Origin: a virus
Taxonomy: Duplodnaviria; Caudoviricetes
DNA: 28,057 nt
Reading direction: 5' to 3' (one strand)
Virus record (IMG/VR): IMGVR_UViG_3300012667_000118
Span: 1 to 28,057 of that record
Part shown: piece after piece, positions 8,665 through 16,781 of the stretch
Layout: each line of letters starts with the position of its first letter
Numbering within the stretch: the stretch's first letter is position 1
Made by a program: the position numbers and the translations under genes
The notes under the pieces: generated by a model
The model's input: only the letters and a program-made list of their open reading frames with translations
The model's database searches: none
What the model was told of the DNA's origin: nothing

Positions 8665-8849
8665 TTATATTTCCTTATAGGGACGTTGAGTTCATTAATG
8701 GCATAATAAGCATCTTTGGGTTTAAGCCATTTAATCCACTTATCGTGACAACTGCAAAACAATCCCGGAGTTGATGTTGTGCTTCCCGAAAATACTTTAA
8801 ATCTTACTTCAACGGGACAATCTTTGTGTCTTTCTTCATCTGGGCTCAT
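8661..8849 (-). CDS. Small putative Zn-binding protein (62 aa)
   Basis: HxxC...CxxH..WIKWL pattern; directly downstream of the polymerase gene. Confidence 0.65.
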   Translation of the reverse strand: MSPDEERHKDCPVEVRFKVFSGSTTSTPGLFCSCHDKWIKWLKPKDAYYAINELNVPIRKYK

Positions 8850-8867
8850 ATTATTATTTTTATTTTA

Positions 8868-8904
8868 GAGATCATATACAATAGGGTATATTAGTATATT
8901 GTTA
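8868..8904. repeat. 37-bp perfect direct repeat, downstream copy (begins with the polymerase stop codon)
   Basis: gagatcatatacaatagggtatattagtatattgtta, identical to 9634-9670. Confidence 0.97.
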
Positions 8905-9945
8905 TTTTTTTTCGTATTCAAATCTTACATCAAACTCTGTTTGATTTCTCACATAATCAATCAGTTGATCTTTATCTATCTCTCTGTCACACATCCATCC
9001 ATCGTGTATTAAAAAGTATTTTGATTCAATTTCATCTAGATAATTCCTAACTGAATTCAATACTTTTCTTTCAAGTTCAAAGTAGACGTGCCATCTTTGT
9101 TTACAAGTGATTGCAAGTAATCTCTCTTTGCCATTGGCTTGTGTTCGAGTTCTACGAGAGATAGTTGGAGAGATGTAATCCCAACAAGTTTTAATATCAC
9201 AACGAAGTTCAGCAATATATTGATCTTCTTTAAGTAAATCAATGCGGGCTCGATCTCCATTTAGAATATGATAGATATCTGAATCTTCGTGATTAGCAAT
9301 TCGTGCTCCCGCAAATAATGCATTGATGATTTCTTTGGCAGCAGCGGGTTCGAGTTCAAGTTTATTTGCAAGTTCATTGCGAACTTCAACTCTATTAGTG
9401 AGATATCTTCTTAGTGCAAATAGATATTCATCCATTCCTAAGTGCTGTGCATATTGATGTATTAATGTGGGTGCAGCACATTCAATATCATAATCGTGTA
9501 GATATCCCGAATCATTAAGAATTTGTGATCTGTATTCTTTGCGATATCGTTGTAATGGATGCCAAAGTCGATTGCTTTTGTCTTTGTATTGAAAGTCGCC
9601 ACTTGTCAATTCTTTAGAATGATCCTTTTGAGCGAGATCATATACAATAGGGTATATTAGTATATTGTTAATTTTCAATGCCTCTCTGAGATAATCTACA
9701 CCTCTTGCATTCAAAATATATTCTTTGCATTCCCCTGTATCTTTATTCCAATGACTATTAGTTTCGATTAATAAAATCTTTCGTAGATATTTAGAGATGT
9801 CAGTTGTTTGTTGTCCGAAGTATTTGTCTATATGTCTTGTAGACCACGGATGTGATTTAGTTTCGCTCATTACTCCACAAGCAAAGCCTAAGGCTGTTTT
9901 AATTCGTTTTGCAACACGAGGGTCGCTAAAATTTGGTGTATACAT
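8902..9945 (-). CDS. Stand-alone family-A-superfamily polymerase/primase (TV-Pol-like) with ~90-aa N-terminal domain
   Basis: RLWHPLQ pre-motif, motif A DYDIECAAP, motif B AKEIINALFAG, E.E..L helix, motif C LIHDGW; no exonuclease or helicase domain; AGGAG RBS. Confidence 0.7.
   Translation of the reverse strand: MYTPNFSDPRVAKRIKTALGFACGVMSETKSHPWSTRHIDKYFGQQTTDISKYLRKILLIETNSHWNKDTGECKEYILNARGVDYLREALKINNILIYPIVYDLAQKDHSKELTSGDFQYKDKSNRLWHPLQRYRKEYRSQILNDSGYLHDYDIECAAPTLIHQYAQHLGMDEYLFALRRYLTNRVEVRNELANKLELEPAAAKEIINALFAGARIANHEDSDIYHILNGDRARIDLLKEDQYIAELRCDIKTCWDYISPTISRRTRTQANGKERLLAITCKQRWHVYFELERKVLNSVRNYLDEIESKYFLIHDGWMCDREIDKDQLIDYVRNQTEFDVRFEYEKK
9634..9670. repeat. 37-bp perfect direct repeat, intragenic copy (codons 93-104, NNILIYPIVYDL)
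   Basis: Identical to 8868-8904. Confidence 0.97.
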
Positions 9946-10007
9946 ACACTCTCCTTGTTAATGAGACTTTTTATAGAAGTCACAAACTATTACTATGCTG
10001 TCAAGTA

Positions 10008-10015
10008 TATTTATA
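10008..10015 (-). promoter_or_regulatory. Perfect T4 late promoter consensus TATAAATA upstream of the polymerase gene
   Basis: TATTATATAAATATAC on minus strand; leader hairpin GACTT...AAGTC at 9965-9981. Confidence 0.72.
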
Positions 10016-10055
10016 TAATAACACAAAGAGAGTAAAATAAATGGGGATTTTTAGT

Positions 10056-10091
10056 CAAAAGAAAGCCCGGATGTCTAACTTTCCGGGCTTT
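10056..10091 (-). terminator. Intrinsic terminator closing the candidate ncRNA
   Basis: AAAGCCCGGA-AAGTTAGACA-TCCGGGCTTT then CTTTTG. Confidence 0.8.
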
Positions 10092-10248
10092 AAAGAACTC
10101 ATTGCAAGTTCGATTGACTCATTTTAGTTTTGTTATAATATAGTGACAGCCATAGCAACAGTTTTAAAGGAGCGAGTCAATATAACAGCAACAAACGGCG
10201 AAATCTCAGTAGTAAGTAATCCATTGAGGAGTGTTTGTTGCTATTACT
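10056..10248 (-). ncRNA. Candidate structured non-coding RNA (~190 nt)
   Basis: TAAATA at 10253-10258, four consecutive hairpins with the last a terminator; no RBS-led ORF on this strand. Confidence 0.55.
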
Positions 10249-10252
10249 ATTA

Positions 10253-10258
10253 TATTTA
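10253..10258 (-). promoter_or_regulatory. TAAATA promoter core for the candidate ncRNA
   Basis: ACTAAATATAATAG immediately after the stop of ORF 10261-10587. Confidence 0.65.
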
Positions 10259-10260
10259 GT

Positions 10261-10587
10261 TCAGTCTTCTTTTGCAACTGTAAAACGACCAAAATCGATC
10301 ATTTCTTTCGTTGTGAATCTTTCACTTTTGCCACAGTCTCCGCATTTGCCCCGCCATTGTCCGGCAGCAGCAGCCTTGATATAGATTTTTTCTTTGACAC
10401 AGATGGCTTGGCACCACTCGCAAGTTGATGCTGTGGGATTAAAAGACGTGACGACTGGGTAGGGATTTTCCGGCGCTGCATCTGGATCCTTTGCGGGACG
10501 ACCAGTTGCACCAGCGGAACCTGGGAATGTAGCCAATCGCCATTTGGTCAACTGATCTAATATTTGGTAAAATTGTTCTGCAAGCAT
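10261..10587 (-). CDS. Zn-finger protein (CxxC...CxxC), probably leaderless
   Basis: CEWC and CGDC pairs; TAATTA variant 5 nt before ATG; no RBS. Confidence 0.7.
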   Translation of the reverse strand: MLAEQFYQILDQLTKWRLATFPGSAGATGRPAKDPDAAPENPYPVVTSFNPTASTCEWCQAICVKEKIYIKAAAAGQWRGKCGDCGKSERFTTKEMIDFGRFTVAKED

Positions 10588-10616
10588 ACGTTTAATTAGT
10601 ATGCTTACAAAGGTTG

Positions 10617-10859
10617 TTAACCCAATTTGACTATTATTGTTCCAATTAAGCCAATAATGCTAACAACTATTGTTCCCAATACTGGCATAAGTGCTTTGAC
10701 TAAGTCGCCTTTAAGTCCATCGACTTTTGCAGCCAATACATCAAGTTTTGTTTCAACTTTGTTTAGTCGTTGATCTAACTCTTGATATCGTTTAGCACAA
10801 AGATCAACGTGTAGATCTAAGTTAGTTCGTTCTTGTTCCATTGTATCTATTGTGCTCAT
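10617..10859 (-). CDS. Coiled-coil plus C-terminal TM protein (XhlA-like/holin-like)
   Basis: HVDLCAKRYQEL..RL..VE coiled-coil then hydrophobic LMPVLGTIVVSIIGLIGTIIV; follows the tail genes. Confidence 0.6.
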   Translation of the reverse strand: MSTIDTMEQERTNLDLHVDLCAKRYQELDQRLNKVETKLDVLAAKVDGLKGDLVKALMPVLGTIVVSIIGLIGTIIVKLG

Positions 10860-10901
10860 AATTTTATTCTTGTTAGTTAAACCGTTAGCGGCTTTGAATA
10901 A

Positions 10902-10907
10902 TATTTA
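10902..10907 (-). promoter_or_regulatory. TAAATA promoter core for the holin-like gene
   Basis: ATTAAATATTATTC followed by hairpin AAGCCG-CTAA-CGGTTT (10879-10894). Confidence 0.65.
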
Positions 10908-10948
10908 ATTCAATTGACTATTTTTAACGGTTTAACCAATACTTTAGT

Positions 10949-11275
10949 TTATAATATGGTTTCAAACTCAAACCAGTTTTGTGTAATTTCATCCCAAACA
11001 TATTGTTTACCATCTTGTGGATATGCCTTAGGTGGATCCCATCTGCAAGTTTCTTCATTGAATATCCAACTTGCAAAAGGTTTCTTTGGAATAAATGCAT
11101 CACGTAAGCGATCATAACGACCACCGATTGATGCATAGTTCTTTCTAATATTACTGTTGTAACTGGTCTGCACCCAATTTGATGGATGACCGAATCGACC
11201 ACTATCGATCATTTCTTGTTCTGCTACAATGATCTGAGTAACAATACCGTTTTGTATTTTTGCGTAATGTGCCAT
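10949..11275 (-). CDS. Tail-fibre-associated protein (108 aa)
   Basis: MAHYAKI...WVQTSYN...RKNYASIG..YD...DAFIP.KP..SW...E.TC.W.PP family, usually found after Gly-rich fibre genes of aquatic phages. Confidence 0.7.
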   Translation of the reverse strand: MAHYAKIQNGIVTQIIVAEQEMIDSGRFGHPSNWVQTSYNSNIRKNYASIGGRYDRLRDAFIPKKPFASWIFNEETCRWDPPKAYPQDGKQYVWDEITQNWFEFETIL

Positions 11276-11287
11276 ATCTGTTAATCC

Positions 11288-13531
11288 TTAGAATGTGATA
11301 GAACCGCTTGTGGTCCATTTGTAAATGCGATAATCACCAACTGTGGTAATTTCCGGGCTACCTGTTGTGGCTACTGCATCTGAATATGCTGTCAAGTGAC
11401 GAATGATAACAACACCCGATCCACCATTACCGCCTGGGCCGCCGGTTCCAGTATTTCCACCTCCACCACCTCCGCCGCCGGTATTAGCAGTTCCGTTATT
11501 GCCTGGTGATCCGCCGTCTCCACCGCCACCTGTTCCGCCTAGTGTATAAGAGCCATTACCACCTGCGCCGCCTCCGCCTGCATAATATGTAGCAGTGCCT
11601 GTAATACTAGATTGTAATCCAATACCTCCTGCACCACCATTGCCTCCGCTATTGCCATTACCGACGGCACCTGCGCCACCACCGCCTGATCCGGCATATG
11701 GTGCTCCGCCTTGCGAAGATGATCCGCCTGCATTACCTTGCCCTGCTGTTCCAGAACTACCTGCTTGATTAACCCAACCTGCACCTCCGCCTGATCCGCC
11801 ACTTGTTGGACTTGCATCGAAATAAGCACCACCACCACCACCACCGATAGCCTGTATGGTATCTAGATAAGAGTCGCTACCATTTGATCCTGTGGCACCT
11901 GCTGGAGAGGTGCCACCACTACCGCCAGCACCACCTGCACCTACAGTGACAGTATATTCTATTTCATAATCTAATACTGTAGATCCAGTTAGCATACCAC
12001 CTGCGCCGCCGCCACCTGAGTTCCATTCTCCCCCACCGCCACCACCTGCGACTACGAGATAGTCAATAGGAGTAGCAGTTAATGGTAGTTGAACTTCTAG
12101 ATTATTAAAAACATATTTCCAAAGTTCGTCAACTGGATCCCAATAGGCTATTGTAGAATCAAATGTTGCACTGTTTGGGTCAGAAGCACTATCGCTAATG
12201 GTAATGATTGTGCCGGTCGAACCTGTAGGTAACGAATCTCTTGTGTAGGAATTAGTTGCACCTGGAGTTCCACCACCTGATGCAGTTGACCACGAAAGTG
12301 TGCCGCCGCCGTCGGTTGTTAATACCTGACCGCTGGTACCATCTGCACTTGGGTAAATTAAGTTTTGAATTTCAACCGAGCCAGCAACTAATGTAATCTT
12401 ATCACCGAGATCCGAACTTGAACTACCCACAACTAATTGGCCGCCACCGCCTGATCCTTCTCCTGTGAAGTTAGCACTCAACACAATCTTTTGAGTATCG
12501 TCATCTGCTAGAATATCATTCATTCTAGCGGTGCCATTTACTCTCAATCCACTAAACACAACTGAATCAGTTGTATTCAAACTTTGATCATAACTTGTGC
12601 CACTTGGAGCAGTGGTCATTACAGTGTCATCTGCAAATGTAATGCCCACAAATGTTTTTACAGTGCTGCTGGTAACTTGTAAAACATTAGTAGTAGTTGT
12701 GCTGGTGGTGCCGCCATCGAGAGTGTATTCATTTGCCAATGGTGGAGTAAATGTTCCATCGAAGCGTTTATCTCCCACTGTCAAGCGGAAGTTATCAATG
12801 TATCCATTAAATGGCTGTTGAGGTCCGTCTCCATTGACACCCAATAAAATATCGCCTGTGCTGTCATTTGCACTGCCCGTAATTGTAGTGTTGCTTTCTT
12901 GCAATACACCATCTACATAGGCATTTAATGTATCACCGAATCGTGTAATTGCAATATGATTCCAAGCATTGTCTGCCACTGTAAAATATACAAACTGCTG
13001 ACCATTGGCCTGCACTAATGCATAATATTGATTTGCAGTTCCTGATCCTTGAATAATCCATTGAGAGCCCACCCAGCGTGATGCTATTGTTGGAGCACCG
13101 GTGGTAACATCAGTTAATGGATAAAGCCAAAAATCAATAGCAAAGTCACTACTACCTAAATTAAAGGATGAAGAGTTAGCAATGCTGACATAGTCTGATG
13201 TGGTGCCTGGTAAGTAGAAACTATTGCTTCCATATTTTACCTGTGCACTGCTGACTGCTGCACTGCCATTTAATGTAACAGTATTGCCCACTTCATCAGT
13301 TGCATCTTCTGCTAGCAGTAATGATTTTACATTACTGGGGCTTGTAGTTATTGTTGTGTTAGCAATGGTCAATCCGCTAAACACAACTGTGGCTGTTGTG
13401 TTGAGATCTTGATCATAACTTGTTCCACCACCCGTTGGGGCAGTGGTCATTGTTGTGTTGTCCGCAAACTTGATACCGTCTGCTCCCACCTCGAGTCCGT
13501 TTTTTACACGGAAGTTTTTATTTGTAGTCAT
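11288..13531 (-). CDS. Tail fibre/adhesin with LamG (concanavalin-like) domain and Gly-rich C-terminal domain
   Basis: NKNFRVKNGL N-terminus; DFAIDFW...WNHIAITR...NGYIDNFR (LamG); YLVVAGGGGG...GGSGVVIIR...YRIYKWTTSGSITF. Confidence 0.8.
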   Translation of the reverse strand: MTTNKNFRVKNGLEVGADGIKFADNTTMTTAPTGGGTSYDQDLNTTATVVFSGLTIANTTITTSPSNVKSLLLAEDATDEVGNTVTLNGSAAVSSAQVKYGSNSFYLPGTTSDYVSIANSSSFNLGSSDFAIDFWLYPLTDVTTGAPTIASRWVGSQWIIQGSGTANQYYALVQANGQQFVYFTVADNAWNHIAITRFGDTLNAYVDGVLQESNTTITGSANDSTGDILLGVNGDGPQQPFNGYIDNFRLTVGDKRFDGTFTPPLANEYTLDGGTTSTTTTNVLQVTSSTVKTFVGITFADDTVMTTAPSGTSYDQSLNTTDSVVFSGLRVNGTARMNDILADDDTQKIVLSANFTGEGSGGGGQLVVGSSSSDLGDKITLVAGSVEIQNLIYPSADGTSGQVLTTDGGGTLSWSTASGGGTPGATNSYTRDSLPTGSTGTIITISDSASDPNSATFDSTIAYWDPVDELWKYVFNNLEVQLPLTATPIDYLVVAGGGGGGEWNSGGGGAGGMLTGSTVLDYEIEYTVTVGAGGAGGSGGTSPAGATGSNGSDSYLDTIQAIGGGGGGAYFDASPTSGGSGGGAGWVNQAGSSGTAGQGNAGGSSSQGGAPYAGSGGGGAGAVGNGNSGGNGGAGGIGLQSSITGTATYYAGGGGAGGNGSYTLGGTGGGGDGGSPGNNGTANTGGGGGGGGNTGTGGPGGNGGSGVVIIRHLTAYSDAVATTGSPEITTVGDYRIYKWTTSGSITF

Positions 13532-13549
13532 TTAAGTTTCCCTTTCCAC

Positions 13550-16219
13550 TTAGACTGGTATTGTAACTGAGTTACTATTGGCCACATATAGCCATTCACT
13601 TGCATCGTTATCCCAATAGGCCAATGCATAGTTGCCTGCTGGGCTGTTTTCATCTGCACCACTGTCGCTAATGGTAATGGTCAATCCAATTGCTCCTGTT
13701 GGCAGTGTGCTTCTTGTATAGACAGCAGTTTGTCCCGGAACGGCAGCAGTTGTTTGAACTGTTGTATCTGGGAATGTTATACCAGTGCTGCTGAATTGAT
13801 AAGCAGTTGCTGTGCTGGCATCATAACTGTTGATAGTGATAGTTCCATCAGCAGCCAATTTAACATATTGTTCATCATTACCTAACATCAAGTCAGCATA
13901 AGGATTAGCACCCTTTTCAATGTGGATGTGACTACCATCAAATGCTGCTGTTGGGCGAATAACGATGTATTGTCCGTTACCAACTAAACTGCTGTTAGGA
14001 ACAAGTTCAATCGAGCCTGCTACGCTGTATGTGCCAGTGCCAACAATTTGAATATTGTTAAAAGTAATATCACCGGTTGAACCAGCGGAGCCTGTATAAC
14101 CAATATCTCCTTGAATGCCTTTTGCAGCAATATTAGTCCAGAATGTTCCTTCACTAGGAGTATCTCCTACATTTCCGCCATTGCTATTAATTCTATACCA
14201 AGTGCTTCCGTCATAGGTTGCTAAATCACCTACAGCGTAAGAGGCTCCGGCATTATATGCAGCGGTAAAGTTCCATAGGGCATCGGCACCAGTTGAACCA
14301 GTATATCCAATATCGCCCTGTGCTCCTGTGCTACCAGTATATCCAATATCGCCCTGTGCTCCAGTTGATCCAGTATAACCGATGTCACCCTGAATGCCTT
14401 GAGATCCAGTATAACCGATATCGCCCTGAATGCCTTGACTACCAGTGTATCCGATAAAGCCTTGTTCGCCCTGTGCTCCTGTGCTACCAGTATAACCAAT
14501 GATACCTTGTTCGCCCTGTGCTCCAGTTGATCCAGTATAACCGATGTCACCCTGAATGCCTTGACTTCCGGTATAACCGATATCGCCCTGAATGCCTTGA
14601 CTACCAGTATAACCAATGTCACCTTGAATACCCTGACTTCCAGTATAACCCTGTGCACCAATGGATCCAGTGTAACCTAAATTGCCCTGTATGCCTTGGC
14701 TACCGGTATATCCAATATCTCCTTTAGCACCTGTGTTACCAGGATCACCTTGTGGTCCAGTAATACCCTGTGCACCACTTAGATCACTGACATAGGAATA
14801 AGAAACACCGCTCCAAAGGTATAAGCGACTGTTTTCTGCATTTTCAACGCTAGCAGTTTCGATCAATGCAAATTGTCCAGCCACAATACCTGTTGGAGCA
14901 GTATCGGCTTCTAATGCAGCAACACTTGAATATGTCTTTGCAATAGTAAATCCCATTCCGGTATCGCCTTTGCTACCAGTATAACCAATATCTCCCTTAG
15001 CACCTGTATTACCTTGCGATCCTGTATAACCAATATCGCCCTTACTACCAGTGTAGCCGATATCACCTTGAATGCCTTGTGAGCCGGTGTATCCGATAAC
15101 TCCTTGGTCGCCTTGAATGCCTTGGCTACCTGTGTATCCAATTACACCCTGAATGCCTTGACTACCAGTAAATCCAATGCTACCTGTAAATCCAGTGCTA
15201 CCTGTAAATCCAGTAGATCCGACTGCACCAATATCTCCCATAACGGAAAGTGATGCATTAGTAATACCACCATTAAGTTCATTTATTCTAACGGCAAAAT
15301 ATAATGCAGCACCTTCTGCTCTAGCAGTAGTTCTTACCAATGTGCCATTTTTATAATATCTAACATTTACGCCATCGTAAGTGATAGAAAATAAGTCAGT
15401 TGCCGCATAAGTTCCTAAATTAACTTGGGTAGAATTTTCTTGAATATACAATGCATTATTCACTGCCCAAAATGCATAGTTAAGACTTGAAGTAAGAGAT
15501 GTTGTGCTATGTAATCCTACCACAGTGATAGTATAGATACTGATAGCAGTAAAATTAAAAGATAAACTTATATTTTTAACATAGGATTCATTCGAACGGA
15601 ATCTAGCATCAGTTTGACTTAAATTACTTGCAGCACCCGAAGTTTTTAAGAATGTTCCATTTGCTGATTGAGTAACGTGCTGAATAATAACTGGTGTCCA
15701 AACATTTAATCCATCAGTTCCTCTACTACCAGTAAAACCAGTGCTACCAGTAAATCCAATAGATCCAGTGTAGCCTAACGAGCCTGTATAACCAGTGTCG
15801 CCCTTGCTACCAGTGTAGCCAATAACACCTTGAATACCTTGAATTCCTTGAGATCCAGTATAACCAATATCGCCTTGTGCACCAGTTGAACCAGTATAAC
15901 CTAAATCACCAGGTGGTCCCTCTTCTGCTTCCATATATAGGAACCAGTTGGCAGTGTCTTGATCTGGAGGCGTAGTGCTGGTTACTGTGTGACGTGCAAC
16001 ATAGATATCGTTATTGTGTCGAACATTGTTGCCCAATCTGTATTCTACACCACTTGTCCAAATGCCTGCAAATACATCCGCTGTATTTGGCATTTGAAAG
16101 ATAGTTGCGTTGCTGTTGATAACAATAGGAGTTTCAACAGTTGCTACGGTAACTGTAGTCAATGCATCACTGACTACAACTTCCGAAATATAGTTTGTTA
16201 CGGTAAATGATACAGACAT
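13550..16219 (-). CDS. Collagen-like tail fibre with interleaved carbohydrate-binding-like domains
   Basis: Gly-X-Y tracts (GYTGSQGIQGDI); two CBM5/12-like modules (W.SG.EY..G..V; YNAGASYAVGD..TYDGSTW); lectin-like insert FSITYDGVNVRYYKNG. Confidence 0.8.
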   Translation of the reverse strand: MSVSFTVTNYISEVVVSDALTTVTVATVETPIVINSNATIFQMPNTADVFAGIWTSGVEYRLGNNVRHNNDIYVARHTVTSTTPPDQDTANWFLYMEAEEGPPGDLGYTGSTGAQGDIGYTGSQGIQGIQGVIGYTGSKGDTGYTGSLGYTGSIGFTGSTGFTGSRGTDGLNVWTPVIIQHVTQSANGTFLKTSGAASNLSQTDARFRSNESYVKNISLSFNFTAISIYTITVVGLHSTTSLTSSLNYAFWAVNNALYIQENSTQVNLGTYAATDLFSITYDGVNVRYYKNGTLVRTTARAEGAALYFAVRINELNGGITNASLSVMGDIGAVGSTGFTGSTGFTGSIGFTGSQGIQGVIGYTGSQGIQGDQGVIGYTGSQGIQGDIGYTGSKGDIGYTGSQGNTGAKGDIGYTGSKGDTGMGFTIAKTYSSVAALEADTAPTGIVAGQFALIETASVENAENSRLYLWSGVSYSYVSDLSGAQGITGPQGDPGNTGAKGDIGYTGSQGIQGNLGYTGSIGAQGYTGSQGIQGDIGYTGSQGIQGDIGYTGSQGIQGDIGYTGSTGAQGEQGIIGYTGSTGAQGEQGFIGYTGSQGIQGDIGYTGSQGIQGDIGYTGSTGAQGDIGYTGSTGAQGDIGYTGSTGADALWNFTAAYNAGASYAVGDLATYDGSTWYRINSNGGNVGDTPSEGTFWTNIAAKGIQGDIGYTGSAGSTGDITFNNIQIVGTGTYSVAGSIELVPNSSLVGNGQYIVIRPTAAFDGSHIHIEKGANPYADLMLGNDEQYVKLAADGTITINSYDASTATAYQFSSTGITFPDTTVQTTAAVPGQTAVYTRSTLPTGAIGLTITISDSGADENSPAGNYALAYWDNDASEWLYVANSNSVTIPV
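14280..14790. repeat. Degenerate 36-bp tandem repeats encoding collagen-like GYTGS(Q/T)G(I/A)QGDI
   Basis: Recurrent ccagtataaccgat.tc.ccctgaatgccttga; further tracts at about 14960-15235 and 15720-15920. Confidence 0.9.
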
Positions 16220-16220
16220 A

Positions 16221-16727
16221 TTACTCTCCTAAAACAATAGGATTGTAATCGCCATCTAATACTGGATCTGCTGGTTCCACTCCCGGTTCCCACGACTGAA
16301 TAAATGCCCAACGATGTGTAGTGATCTGTGGAGGAGTTGAAGGAACTGTCCAAGTAACACCTACAATGGTAATTGGAGTATGTGCTCGTGCATCTGGAAT
16401 AACTGGACCTGTATAAAGGCCTGCTGGCACTGTGATAGCCACAACACCTGTTGATTCTTCAATTACTTGAACATAAGTTGCAGTGCTAATAACGCCTGTG
16501 GGAAATGCACCGATAATGTTGCTTGCTGCAAAGTTTGGCTCGCCTGTGTTGCGGTCAAATGCCAATGCATCTACTACAACTGTTTGATAATCAACTAGGA
16601 ATTCCCAATTGGCTACACTTTGTCCAAAGTTGTATGTATAAGTTTTTTGATTGCTGGGGAATACTTGTTCGACTTGAATTTGATCAGCACCGCCGATGTA
16701 ATTACTGAATGATAATGTTGCTGCCAT
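16221..16727 (-). CDS. Tail-fibre attachment/baseplate-upper-like protein
   Basis: Beta-rich 168 aa preceding the fibres; likely start ATG 16727 (MAATLSF) with AGGAG RBS; function inferred from position. Confidence 0.55.
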   Translation of the reverse strand: MAATLSFSNYIGGADQIQVEQVFPSNQKTYTYNFGQSVANWEFLVDYQTVVVDALAFDRNTGEPNFAASNIIGAFPTGVISTATYVQVIEESTGVVAITVPAGLYTGPVIPDARAHTPITIVGVTWTVPSTPPQITTHRWAFIQSWEPGVEPADPVLDGDYNPIVLGE

Positions 16728-16781
16728 ATGGGCTCCTAAGGGTTGAAATAGCAAGACTAAGGACTTGCTAAGTTTGTTACA

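Noticed and set aside
2673-9793. TAAATA copies inside coding regions (e.g. about 2673 in terL, about 9788 in the polymerase gene)
   Set aside because: Expected by chance in AT-rich DNA and not positioned before gene starts
8868-9945. Polymerase plus repeat pair as a DGR or retron
   Set aside because: Motif C is HDG, not YxDD, and the repeats are identical with no adenine-specific mismatches
9975-10004. Perfect TTGACA upstream of the polymerase gene as a sigma70 promoter
   Set aside because: No -10 hexamer at 16-18 nt spacing; it lies just downstream of TATAAATA
10231-10428. Plus-strand 65-aa hydrophobic ORF as a type I toxin
   Set aside because: GAGGAG overlaps the GTG start with no spacing, and the ORF is antisense to the Zn-finger gene
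14280-15920. 36-bp periodic repeats as a CRISPR array
   Set aside because: No unique spacers; variation is mostly at synonymous positions of a collagen-like ORF; no cas genes
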